DNA of 17,954 bases, taken from Archaeoglobaceae archaeon. GTDB taxonomy: Archaea; Halobacteriota; Archaeoglobi; Archaeoglobales; Archaeoglobaceae. Below the pieces are notes generated by a model. The model saw only the letters and a program-made list of their open reading frames with translations, was not told where the DNA came from and did no database searches. The translations under genes were made by a program, and so were the position numbers. The stretch is taken from NCBI GenBank assembly GCA_038893835.1, contig JAWAQR010000025.1, forward strand, positions 1-17,954, in the 5' to 3' direction. Below, in pieces: positions 1-8,070 of the stretch; positions within the stretch are counted from its first letter, which is position 1, and each line of letters opens with the position of its first letter.

Positions 1-2
1 AG

Positions 3-593
3 CTCAGCGGTATTCCAAGAACTTCTGTTTATGACGTTATGGCGAGTTTGAAAGCAAAGGGTTTTGTTGAGGAAATAGGGAAACCTGCAAAATTTAGAGC
101 ATTGCCGGCAGAGGAATTGATTTCAATTCTCTCCAGAAGGGCAAAAGAAAATTTGGAATTGCTCCGTGAAGAGATGTCTAAGATAAATAGAGAAGAGATC
201 GAAGTTGTGAAGCTTTACCGAGGAAAAATCGTTTTTGAAAAACTTTTCGAACTAGTTGAATCTGCAAAAGAGGAAATAATTGTGCTTCTCTCCCAAATGA
301 AGCCTGAGATAAAGAAAATACTCTCCAAGGCGAGGTGTAAGCTCATCGTCATATCTTCAAACGTGGGGGATTTAGAGGGGGAAATATATGAAATAGAGCA
401 TCCAATAGTAAAAAGGGGAGATTTTACTCATGGATTGATGATCTTTGACTCCAAAAGGATCCTTGCCATCTTTACAAACCACACAACAATAGGAATTGTT
501 GGTGAAAGTGAAGGAATCGTTCAATTTTCCAAACTGATGGTCGAACCGCTGTTGCGTGAGATGAGACGAGAAAGAATTAAAATCAAAGACTAG
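3..593 (+). CDS. TrmB-family transcriptional regulator (5'-truncated by window edge)
   Basis: The frame is open from base 3 and reads LSGIPRTSVYDVMASLKAKGFVEE...PAKFRA, the typical TrmB winged-HTH recognition helix and wing. A helical linker and a C-terminal effector-type domain (AKEEIIV...HGLMIFDSKR) follow. The ATG at 39 is therefore internal. Confidence 0.88.
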   Translation, partial: LSGIPRTSVYDVMASLKAKGFVEEIGKPAKFRALPAEELISILSRRAKENLELLREEMSKINREEIEVVKLYRGKIVFEKLFELVESAKEEIIVLLSQMKPEIKKILSKARCKLIVISSNVGDLEGEIYEIEHPIVKRGDFTHGLMIFDSKRILAIFTNHTTIGIVGESEGIVQFSKLMVEPLLREMRRERIKIKD

Positions 594-612
594 GCATAGT
601 TCAGGTGGTCGG

Positions 613-1860
613 ATGGCTAAAACTCTTGCAGAGAAAATACTGAGCGAAAAGTCTGGAAAGGATGTATATTCGGGAGACGTGGTGATAGCTGAAGTGGATA
701 AAATAGCTCTGCAAGACGGAACTGCTCCGCTTGCAATTAGACAGTTGAGGGAGATAGGAATATTCAAAGCCGTGAAAAAAGCGCATTTCTTCATAGACCA
801 TGCAGCACCATCGCCAAGAAGAGAGCTTAGCAACGATCAAAAGTTAATATATGAGTTTTCCAGAGAATTTGGAGCCGATTTCAATCCACCTGGTGAGGGA
901 ATAATTCATCAGCTAATGGTTGAAAAATATGTAAACCCAGGAATGCTCGTTGTTGGTGCAGACAGCCATACTTGCACTTATGGAGCAATCGGGGCATTTT
1001 CAACAGGTATGGGTTCAACTGATATTGCAGTAACAATGGCCCTTGGCAAAAACTGGTTCAGAGTTCCGGAAAGCTTTAGAATTGTCTATGAGGGGAAGCT
1101 GGAGAAAGGAGTATTTGCAAAGGACCTAATTCTTTTTTTGATTGGGAAAATAGGTGCTGATGGAGCTGATTACAAGGCATTAGAATTCCATGGCAACGTG
1201 GTTGAGCAGATGAGCGTTGAAGAGAGGCTTACGATTGCAAACATGGCAATAGAGTGTGGAGCTAAAGTGGGAATTTTTGAAAGCGATGCGAAAACTAGAG
1301 AATTCCTTGCAGAACTTGGAAGAGAGAAATATTTCAAGGAAATAAAGGCTGATGAGGGCGCAAGTTATGAAAAAGAAATATTTATTGACGTTTCAAACGT
1401 TCCTCCAGTTGTTGCAAAGCCACATAACGTTGATGCAGTTGTTTCAATTGAAGAAGTTGCCGGCATTCCTGTGAATCAAGTCTTTATTGGTACATGCACA
1501 AATGGCAGACTTTCAGATTTAGAAATAGTTGCTAAGATTTTGAAAGGGAAGAAAGTTAAGGAAGGTGTCAGATTAATCGTTGCTCCAGCTAGCAGAAGAG
1601 TTCTTTTAAAAGCGATTGAAAGGGGAATAATCACCATTCTGCTTGAAGCTGGGGCAATAATTCTTCCACCTGGCTGTGGAGCATGTGTAGGAATTCATCA
1701 GGGAATCCCTGCTGATGGAGAAGTTTGCATTTCAACCCAAAACAGAAATTTCAAGGGTAGAATGGGAAATCCAAACGCTTTCATATATCTCTCCTCCCCA
1801 GCAACTGCGGCTGTGAGTGCGATAAAGGGTGAGATTGCAGATCCAAGAGAGTTTCTATGA
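613..1860 (+). CDS. leuC: 3-isopropylmalate dehydratase / homoaconitase family large subunit (LeuC/HacA type)
   Basis: Aconitase-family motifs DH, GIIHQ, GADSHTCTYGA, GTCTNGRLSDL, CGACVG (three 4Fe-4S Cys), STQNRNFKGRMG and YLSSPATAA. SD-like AGGTGG lies just upstream. LeuC versus HacA specificity cannot be resolved by eye. Confidence 0.9.
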   Translation: MAKTLAEKILSEKSGKDVYSGDVVIAEVDKIALQDGTAPLAIRQLREIGIFKAVKKAHFFIDHAAPSPRRELSNDQKLIYEFSREFGADFNPPGEGIIHQLMVEKYVNPGMLVVGADSHTCTYGAIGAFSTGMGSTDIAVTMALGKNWFRVPESFRIVYEGKLEKGVFAKDLILFLIGKIGADGADYKALEFHGNVVEQMSVEERLTIANMAIECGAKVGIFESDAKTREFLAELGREKYFKEIKADEGASYEKEIFIDVSNVPPVVAKPHNVDAVVSIEEVAGIPVNQVFIGTCTNGRLSDLEIVAKILKGKKVKEGVRLIVAPASRRVLLKAIERGIITILLEAGAIILPPGCGACVGIHQGIPADGEVCISTQNRNFKGRMGNPNAFIYLSSPATAAVSAIKGEIADPREFL

Positions 1861-2213
1861 AGATAAAGGGAGATCTTCTAAAGGCTGTTCTCGAAGCTGC
1901 TAGAGATGCTTATCCATACGAATTTATAGCACTGCTCACTGGAGAGAAGGGAGTAATAAGTGAGCTCGTATTTCTTCCATCTCTTTCCGGAGAAGAATCG
2001 GCTTTGATTCATTTGGACATGCTCCCCCTAGGATTTAAAATCTATGGAACTGTTCACAGCCATCCATCCCCTTGCTGCGAGCCGAGTGAGGAAGATCTGT
2101 TCTTCTTTACAAAATTTGGAAGTGTGCACATAATCGTGTGTTACCCATTTACGATGAGAGACTGGAAGTGTTACAATTCTAGGGGAGAGGAAATCGAGAT
2201 AGAGGTGATATGA
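1857..2213 (+). CDS. JAMM/MPN+ (Mov34) zinc metalloprotease, desampylase-like
   Basis: Complete JAMM motif E(PYEF)...HSHPSPCCEPSEED (HxH-x7-S-x2-D), 118 aa. ATGA overlap with leuC. Strongly resembles A. fulgidus AfJAMM from memory. Confidence 0.93.
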   Translation: MKIKGDLLKAVLEAARDAYPYEFIALLTGEKGVISELVFLPSLSGEESALIHLDMLPLGFKIYGTVHSHPSPCCEPSEEDLFFFTKFGSVHIIVCYPFTMRDWKCYNSRGEEIEIEVI

Positions 2214-2272
2214 AAGTTGAAAAGACGATCTGGTTCTGCAGAAAATCTAAAGCTTTTCAGTCAGATTTAATG

Positions 2273-2286
2273 GAAAAATTTTAGTA
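2273..2286 (+). promoter_or_regulatory. Putative BRE/TATA promoter for the small ORF-nep1-thiL unit
   Basis: GAAAAA followed by TTTTAGTA, ending 20 nt before ATG 2307. This spacing is typical of leaderless archaeal transcripts. Confidence 0.45.
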
Positions 2287-2306
2287 TTTGGTAAACAATA
2301 TTATTT

Positions 2307-2510
2307 ATGGCAATAGTTTCTGCAGTGGAGCTCGGGTCGATGATGATTGAGAAAATTGTTGAAGAAGAGATGGAAAAGATTGGTAAAGAGATACTTATCA
2401 AATGTGAGGAAATTGCAAGAGAAGGAGCTGTGAACAATAGTTTGTGTGAAGTGAGATGGACTCCTTTATTCTACTTGAAGCCTCATTGGAATTGGTGCCA
2501 GATGAGATAG
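2307..2510 (+). CDS. Small hypothetical protein (67 aa, acidic/helical N-terminal part)
   Basis: Fills the gap before nep1, has E/K/I-rich thermophile-like composition over about 50 aa, and has a TATA-like box at leaderless distance. The last ~17 aa overlap nep1 and look atypical. Confidence 0.5.
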   Translation: MAIVSAVELGSMMIEKIVEEEMEKIGKEILIKCEEIAREGAVNNSLCEVRWTPLFYLKPHWNWCQMR

Positions 2511-3109
2511 CTGGGCATCCAGCAGTTCAGGCAGATGCCTTTAGGAGAAGGAAGAAGGTATGGGAAATTATACTCGAAGATTCAAAGCATCATTCAGCAA
2601 TCAGAAAGCTTGAGTTCAGAGAAAAGAGAGGAAGACCTGATATAGTTCATCAATGTCTTCTCTTATTGCTTGATTCTCCGCTTAAAACGTTTGATGTTTA
2701 TGTGCATACGATCCAAGATGTCATGATAAGGATCGATAGAGAAACTAGGTTGCCTAGGAATTACAACAGATTTCTTGGACTTATGGAAGATCTTTTTAAA
2801 AAGAAGAGGATTGAGGTTGATGGAAAAACTTTGCTTGAGATTGTTGATAAAGATTTATCCGAAATAATTGGTGAAAGAAATGTAATTCTTTTGAGCGAGA
2901 AAGGTAAGGTTTTTGAATCTAAGATGCTTGAAAATGATGTCGCAATTTGCATTGGAGCTTTTCCGCATGGAGAATTTTTTGAAAAAACGTTAAAAAAACT
3001 TGGTAATTACATTGAAGTCAGCGTTGGAAAGGGAAGTTATACTAGTTTATACGTCACGAGTAGAATTCTTTGCGAGTATGAAAGAGTTCGAACTGTTGAA
3101 AATCGTTGA
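2456..3109 (+). CDS. nep1: 16S rRNA pseudouridine N1-methyltransferase Nep1/Emg1 (SPOUT)
   Basis: Motifs LLEASLELVP, RGRPDIVHQCLL, VYVHT, RLPRNYNRFLGLMEDL, LLSEKG, IGAFPHG. Confidence 0.95.
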   Translation: MDSFILLEASLELVPDEIAGHPAVQADAFRRRKKVWEIILEDSKHHSAIRKLEFREKRGRPDIVHQCLLLLLDSPLKTFDVYVHTIQDVMIRIDRETRLPRNYNRFLGLMEDLFKKKRIEVDGKTLLEIVDKDLSEIIGERNVILLSEKGKVFESKMLENDVAICIGAFPHGEFFEKTLKKLGNYIEVSVGKGSYTSLYVTSRILCEYERVRTVENR

Positions 3110-3962
3110 GGAGTTTTTTGGCGATGAAGAACTTGAAGTTCCAGCTGGAAAGCATGATACAGCTTTTTTAAGTTATGGTGAAAATTACTTGGTATTCACA
3201 TGTGATACAGTCAACGAGATAAGCGATTTTCCAAAGTTCATGAAACCAGATGAATTTGGAAAGATGGCTGTAGCTGTTACACTTTCAGATTTAGCTGGAA
3301 GTGGGGCTAGGCCAATCGTTTTTTTAAGCTCGATATCATTAAAAGAGGCTGATGAAAAACTTTTTAGAGAAATAATGGCTGGAATAAAAGAATGGGCGGA
3401 AAAATTTGGTGTTAAGGTTGCTGGAGGAGATATAGATTTTTCTCCAGTAATAACAATTTCTGGATTCGCAGTTGGGGAGGCGAAAAGAATTTTGACTAGA
3501 AGTGGAGCAAAAGTTGGGGATAAAGTCTTTATTACAGATTTTCTGGGAAAGGCGCAACTCTGTCTTGAAATGATAGAAAAGGGGTTTAAGAGAGAAGATT
3601 TGCCATATGCTGAAAAACTTTACACACCAATACCTAGAGTGCTTGAGGGGTTGAAGATAGCGAAGTTCGCAAATTCGTTGACAGACATAAGCGATAGCCT
3701 GGCAATTTCAGCCCATTTAATGGCGAAGGCTAGTAAAGTGAAAATAAAACTGGAAGGAGAAAAAATAGATTTAACACATCTAACTGATTTTGTTGGAAAA
3801 GAAAAAGCAATGGAACTCTTTCTTTATGGTGGTGGAGATTATGAGCTTTTGTTTACAGCAGAAGAAAGTGAGATTGGGATTGAAATAGGAAAAGTCGAGG
3901 AAGGAGAGGGGGTTTATTTGGATGGAAAAAAAGTTCCTTTTAGGGGTTTCTCACATTTTTGA
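3078..3962 (+). CDS. thiL: Thiamine-monophosphate kinase (PurM/AIRS-like fold)
   Basis: Start reassigned to ATG 3078 (MKEFELLK, typical ThiL N-terminus). Motifs LSDLAGSGARP, GGD, RSGAKVGD, DISD and GGDYELLFT. Overlaps the nep1 end by 32 nt. Confidence 0.88.
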   Translation: MKEFELLKIVEEFFGDEELEVPAGKHDTAFLSYGENYLVFTCDTVNEISDFPKFMKPDEFGKMAVAVTLSDLAGSGARPIVFLSSISLKEADEKLFREIMAGIKEWAEKFGVKVAGGDIDFSPVITISGFAVGEAKRILTRSGAKVGDKVFITDFLGKAQLCLEMIEKGFKREDLPYAEKLYTPIPRVLEGLKIAKFANSLTDISDSLAISAHLMAKASKVKIKLEGEKIDLTHLTDFVGKEKAMELFLYGGGDYELLFTAEESEIGIEIGKVEEGEGVYLDGKKVPFRGFSHF

Positions 3963-3975
3963 CTACTTTTTCATT
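3955..3975 (+). terminator. Possible oligo-T archaeal terminator after thiL
   Basis: T-runs flank the stop codon (TTTTTGACTACTTTTTCATT), followed by a T-rich intergenic region. Confidence 0.35.
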
Positions 3976-4080
3976 CGTGATTCTGAATGTGCTCATTTGT
4001 TTGTTTTCAGCTGTCGCATTCCACTATAAAAATTTATCGGAGATGAAATTGATTGTAGGAAAGCATGATTTTTAAAGCGA

Positions 4081-5517
4081 ATGCAGAGAAAATCTGTGCT
4101 TGCAAAGACTGTACTGAAGAATACAATATACTACAGCTCATCCATTTTGGCTGTAAATCTGATAAGTTTACTCGTCATAATATTTTTGGCAAGAATTCTG
4201 AAACCGGAATTGTTTGGAATCTATTCCCTTTCCATCGCAATCATTTCTCTATTCCTAATTCTTGCAGATCTTGGCATAAACAGTGCTACGACACGTTATA
4301 TTGCTGAGGCAATTTCTAAGAATGATAAAAGTTTGGCCGCCAGTTATTCAAGATTTTTTTTGAGTCTCAAGCTTCTTTTATCCTTTCTCATAGTATTTTT
4401 TGTCTTGCTCCTTTCACCAAAGCTTTCTGAAATATTTGATAAACCGATAAAAGAACCTCTGATGGTTTTATCCCTCTTTCTCTTCTTTATATCTATTAAC
4501 AACCTTTTCAACGCAATGGCAAATGCCATGAACGATTTTCGCATAAATCTTTTGAACAGTGTCCTTCAAAATTCCTCAAAGCTTTTCTTTACAGTAGCTT
4601 TGGTTCTTCTTGGTCTTTCCCTTTTTGGAGCAATTTTGGCGTTGATAATTTCTTCCCTGCTAGCCATGGCTTTTTCGATCTATTACGTTTCAAGGAACTA
4701 TGGATTTCTATTTGAAAAGGGAAGAAAGTTTCAAAAATCGAATGTTCTTAGATTCATCGTATTTACAGCTGCAACTTCCATCACTTGGACAGTCTTTGCA
4801 AACGTGGATATTGTTATGATTGGATTTTTCTTGAGCTCTGAAGAAGTGGCATTTTATAGGGCCTCTTTTAGCATAATTTCCGCAGCAATTGGAATCGTAT
4901 CCTTTCCAACCGTGCTTTTACCAGTTTTCGTAAAACTGGAAGGGGATGATCTGAAGAGGGCATTTGCAAGAATCTTTAAGTACTCTTCTGCCCTCTGCAT
5001 ACCAGCAGCTTTTGGAATTGCAATGATTGCAGAAAATCTCTTGCTTTTTGCCTATGGTATCGACTACATTTCAGGGCTTGAAGCGATGCGAATTTTGTCA
5101 ACTCTTTTAATCTCTCCGGTCTTTGGGATCTATGGGAGTATTTTTAGCAGTAAGGAAAAGCCAGAGCTAATCTTTTATCCAATGTCCCTTTCCATGTTCC
5201 TCAACGTAATTCTGAACTGGCTGATGATCCCTATTTACGGAATAAATGGTGCAGCAATTGCTACTGTAATTTCAAATGTAGTTTTTTGGTCCCTTCTTAC
5301 ACTGATCTGTGCAAGAGAATTTGAGATAATTCCAAATCTCTATCACTTAGTCAAGCCAACGATTTCCTCGATTGTAATGCTAATAGTTGGCGTTAACGTA
5401 GATTCCACAATTTTTGTAATTCCAATCTCTATTCTCGTCTATTCTGTATTCATGTTCCTGATTCGCGGGATTACTAGGGAAGACGTGAACTTCATACTTT
5501 CAATCGCTAAGCTTTAA
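4081..5517 (+). CDS. MOP-superfamily flippase (Wzx/RfbX-like oligosaccharide/lipid flippase)
   Basis: 478 aa with about 12-14 hydrophobic segments. Motifs LARILKPELFGIYS, DLGINSATTRYIA, NVDIVMIG...EVAFY and LNWLMIPIYGINGAAIATV. Confidence 0.9.
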   Translation: MQRKSVLAKTVLKNTIYYSSSILAVNLISLLVIIFLARILKPELFGIYSLSIAIISLFLILADLGINSATTRYIAEAISKNDKSLAASYSRFFLSLKLLLSFLIVFFVLLLSPKLSEIFDKPIKEPLMVLSLFLFFISINNLFNAMANAMNDFRINLLNSVLQNSSKLFFTVALVLLGLSLFGAILALIISSLLAMAFSIYYVSRNYGFLFEKGRKFQKSNVLRFIVFTAATSITWTVFANVDIVMIGFFLSSEEVAFYRASFSIISAAIGIVSFPTVLLPVFVKLEGDDLKRAFARIFKYSSALCIPAAFGIAMIAENLLLFAYGIDYISGLEAMRILSTLLISPVFGIYGSIFSSKEKPELIFYPMSLSMFLNVILNWLMIPIYGINGAAIATVISNVVFWSLLTLICAREFEIIPNLYHLVKPTISSIVMLIVGVNVDSTIFVIPISILVYSVFMFLIRGITREDVNFILSIAKL

Positions 5518-5548
5518 CAGAAATATTTATGGAAGGAAGACTCATTTT

Positions 5549-6526
5549 ATGAAAGAAGCTAAGATGTACAGAAAACTTAGAAATTCCGTGCTTTGCCAGC
5601 TTTGTTACAGATTTTGCAAGCTAAGAGATGGAGAATCTGGATTTTGCAATGTAAGATTTAACAGAGGGGGAAAATTGTACACGTTAACTTACGGAAAACT
5701 TAGCGCTTTGGAAAGTAGGCCTATAGAAATTAAGCCATTCTATCATTTCAAGCCAGGAAGCACGAGTATGACCTTTGCAACTTATTCCTGCAACTTCACT
5801 TGCCCATGGTGTCAAAACTGGAGGATTTCTCGAGCTTTACCGAATGGTAGAGAGGTAAAGCCAGAGGAAGTTGTGGAAAGGGCAATCCTTAAAGGTGATA
5901 TAAGCACTTGCGCTAGCTTGAATGAACCTACTTTGCTCTACGAATTTCTCCTCGAAGTTTTTAGCTTGGCAAAGAAAAAAGGGTTGATGAATACGATGGT
6001 CTCTAATGGCTATCTCAGCGTTTTGGCGTTGAAAGAACTGAAAAAAGCTGGACTTGATGCTTTGAAAGTGGACATAAAGGGTGGAGAAAAGACGTACGAG
6101 CTCCTTGGTGTAAAAGATTTGGCTTGGAAAACTGCAAAGGAAGCTTTAAAATTGGGAATACACGTTGAAATCGTCAACCTCGTCGTAACTGGAATTAATG
6201 AGGATCAGATAGAGGAGGTTGTTGAAAAACACCTGAAATTTTTGGGTAGCGAGGTCCCGATTCATTTCACAAGATATTTCCCAGCATTTATTTACCATAG
6301 GGAGCCAACTAGGATCGAAATTTTAGAGAAGGCAGTTGAGATTGCCAAAAAGCGTGGAATTAGTTTTGCTTATCTCGGCAACGTTCCCGGGCACAAATTT
6401 GAGAACACTTACTGTCCAGATTGTGGAGAACTCCTTGTAAAGCGCTTTTCTTACAACTTGGTAGAGAATAAGGTGAAGAATGGAAAATGCTGGAAATGTA
6501 AAAGAGAAATTTATGGAATATGGTAA
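5549..6526 (+). CDS. Radical SAM enzyme, AmmeMemoRadiSam (AmrS) / PFL-activase-like family
   Basis: CNFTCPWC (CxxxCxxC), N-terminal CQLCYRFC...GFCNVR, PIEIKPFYHF, NEPT, HFTRYFPA, YLGNVPG, and C-terminal CPDC...CWKC zinc ribbon. Confidence 0.88.
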   Translation: MKEAKMYRKLRNSVLCQLCYRFCKLRDGESGFCNVRFNRGGKLYTLTYGKLSALESRPIEIKPFYHFKPGSTSMTFATYSCNFTCPWCQNWRISRALPNGREVKPEEVVERAILKGDISTCASLNEPTLLYEFLLEVFSLAKKKGLMNTMVSNGYLSVLALKELKKAGLDALKVDIKGGEKTYELLGVKDLAWKTAKEALKLGIHVEIVNLVVTGINEDQIEEVVEKHLKFLGSEVPIHFTRYFPAFIYHREPTRIEILEKAVEIAKKRGISFAYLGNVPGHKFENTYCPDCGELLVKRFSYNLVENKVKNGKCWKCKREIYGIW

Positions 6527-7981
6527 TCAGGCTGAAATTTTTATCAACTCTCTCAAACTCTTCTCCCCTCTTCTAATTGCCCAGTCTATAAACTTCTTTA
6601 GAAAAATTCTGCTTATCTTCGGCATCTTTGCCAAATAATCGTCTGCAAGTGGTTTTATCCATCTAACATCATGCTCCCAACACTTTCGCAGCAAGAGCCA
6701 GTGATATGGTTTCAAGTCTTCGCTTGTGAAAGGTTTTTGATCCTTTAAATTTGAAAGTGGGACAAAGAACAGCGGAACTATTAAACTCTTGTAATCTTTA
6801 AGCCTGTCTAGAAGTTCAACAGTTCTTAGCACATCATCTTCCCTTTCCCCCGGAAATCCGATCATCAAAGTCGCACATGGAATCCAGTGATTGTCAGAAC
6901 AAATGCCGAAGGCTTGCTCAACTACATCGCACCATTCTTCTGGCTTGAAAGGTAAAGCTTTTCCAGCCATGTATTCCTTTACAAGTCTAACACTTCCAGT
7001 TTCTATCCCTGTTTGTCCAGCCAACCATGGCTGGTCTTTCCTTGGTATTCCAAGGATGTTCGATATTTCACTGACAACCCTTTCAGCAGAAGCAACTGAG
7101 GCCAAAGAGAAGTGGCTTATTCCGACTTTACAGACTTTGGAAACAGATGAAAAGAGTTTCAAGATTTCTTCTTCATTTACTCTGAATCTATCCGCTTTGT
7201 ATCTCAGAACGTCTTCAGCATGTAATGTTACGAATTTGTTCACCTTCGCATTTATCTCTACTTCTTTCATTATCTCTTCCAAACTCCTGTTTCTGAGCTT
7301 CTGAAGTGTTGGCTGGCAGAACTTACATCCTCTCCCACATCCCCTTGCAATCTCAACTATTCCTCCAACCGTTGCCCCCCTTATTATTGGGAATTTCTCC
7401 ACAACTTCTCCAAAAAATACTCCTCTAACATCTTCTCCATCCAAAATCCTTCGAAATATTTCTGGAACTGTCTTCTCCCCTTCTCCCACGACAACGATGT
7501 CTATTCCAAAATCATCCATTATCCTTTCATCAGCCAACTGCCAAGCTCCAGCTCCACCGACTACTATTTTTGCTCTACTTCTTCTTACAATTCTCATCAA
7601 TTCTTTAAAGCAATGTGCATTGTAGGATTCCTCCTTTACAAGCCCATATCTACCTGAAAACGTCGTTGAAGCCGGGCCCAGGCCAAGAGGGTCGTTTGTA
7701 GTTATACCTATTATCCTGGCTTTATTCAGATACTTATCAATTTTTTCAGGAGGGACCACTGCAACTTCAAAGCCGTTCTCAACCAAAGCTGCTTCAATCT
7801 TTCTAGTTCCATATGGTGCAAGAACTGCTTTTCCATCTTCAACTTTAACAGGGGGGCAGATTAGGCTAAAGAAGATTTTAGATGGTATTAAATTCTTTGG
7901 AGCGCAGCTCATGAAGCCTAGGAATAAGCTGCCATGATAGTTGCTCATCAAACACCTTTCAGCTGTGAGAACTATTTCCAT
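6527..7981 (-). CDS. B12-binding-domain radical SAM protein, Grs/Gms-like (candidate GDGT ring synthase / GMGT synthase homolog)
   Basis: EIARGCGRGCKFC (CxxxCxxC), an N-terminal Rossmann-like cobalamin-binding-type domain (KIVVGGAGAWQ, VVVGEGE) and QTGIETGS. The N-terminal motifs IVLTAER..MS.Y, APYGTRKIEAAL and DPLGLGP match my recollection of the Grs/Gms family. The radical SAM call is firm; the subfamily call is less certain. Confidence 0.8.
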   Translation of the reverse strand: MEIVLTAERCLMSNYHGSLFLGFMSCAPKNLIPSKIFFSLICPPVKVEDGKAVLAPYGTRKIEAALVENGFEVAVVPPEKIDKYLNKARIIGITTNDPLGLGPASTTFSGRYGLVKEESYNAHCFKELMRIVRRSRAKIVVGGAGAWQLADERIMDDFGIDIVVVGEGEKTVPEIFRRILDGEDVRGVFFGEVVEKFPIIRGATVGGIVEIARGCGRGCKFCQPTLQKLRNRSLEEIMKEVEINAKVNKFVTLHAEDVLRYKADRFRVNEEEILKLFSSVSKVCKVGISHFSLASVASAERVVSEISNILGIPRKDQPWLAGQTGIETGSVRLVKEYMAGKALPFKPEEWCDVVEQAFGICSDNHWIPCATLMIGFPGEREDDVLRTVELLDRLKDYKSLIVPLFFVPLSNLKDQKPFTSEDLKPYHWLLLRKCWEHDVRWIKPLADDYLAKMPKISRIFLKKFIDWAIRRGEKSLRELIKISA

Positions 7982-8003
7982 GTAACCTATGAACTTTTTA
8001 GTG

Positions 8004-8018
8004 CATATATCTGTTTCG
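8004..8018 (-). promoter_or_regulatory. Putative BRE/TATA for the radical SAM gene
   Basis: Minus strand reads CGAAACAGATATATG, ending 22 nt before ATG 7981. Confidence 0.5.
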
Positions 8019-8032
8019 ATCTGGAAAAAGAT

Positions 8033-8046
8033 GCAAAACTATAAAA
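8033..8046 (+). promoter_or_regulatory. Putative BRE/TATA for the AAA+/vWA operon
   Basis: GCAAAA followed by CTATAAAA, ending 22 nt before ATG 8069. No SD is present, consistent with a leaderless transcript. Confidence 0.55.
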
Positions 8047-8070
8047 TGATGGATACAACATATTCATCAT
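8046..8070. repeat. 10-bp imperfect inverted repeat (candidate operator)
   Basis: ATGATGGATA-caaca-TATTCATCAT, with 9 of 10 arm positions complementary. It lies between the TATA box and the start codon. Confidence 0.6.

Noticed and set aside
3000-3077. 26-aa N-terminal extension of ThiL in the ORF track
   Set aside because: It uses a non-ATG start deep inside nep1. The family-typical N-terminus begins at ATG 3078.
4081-5517. T-rich compositional shift in the flippase (and mgtE) genes suggesting horizontal transfer
   Set aside because: Explained by hydrophobic-residue codons in membrane proteins. No flanking repeats, integrase or tRNA.
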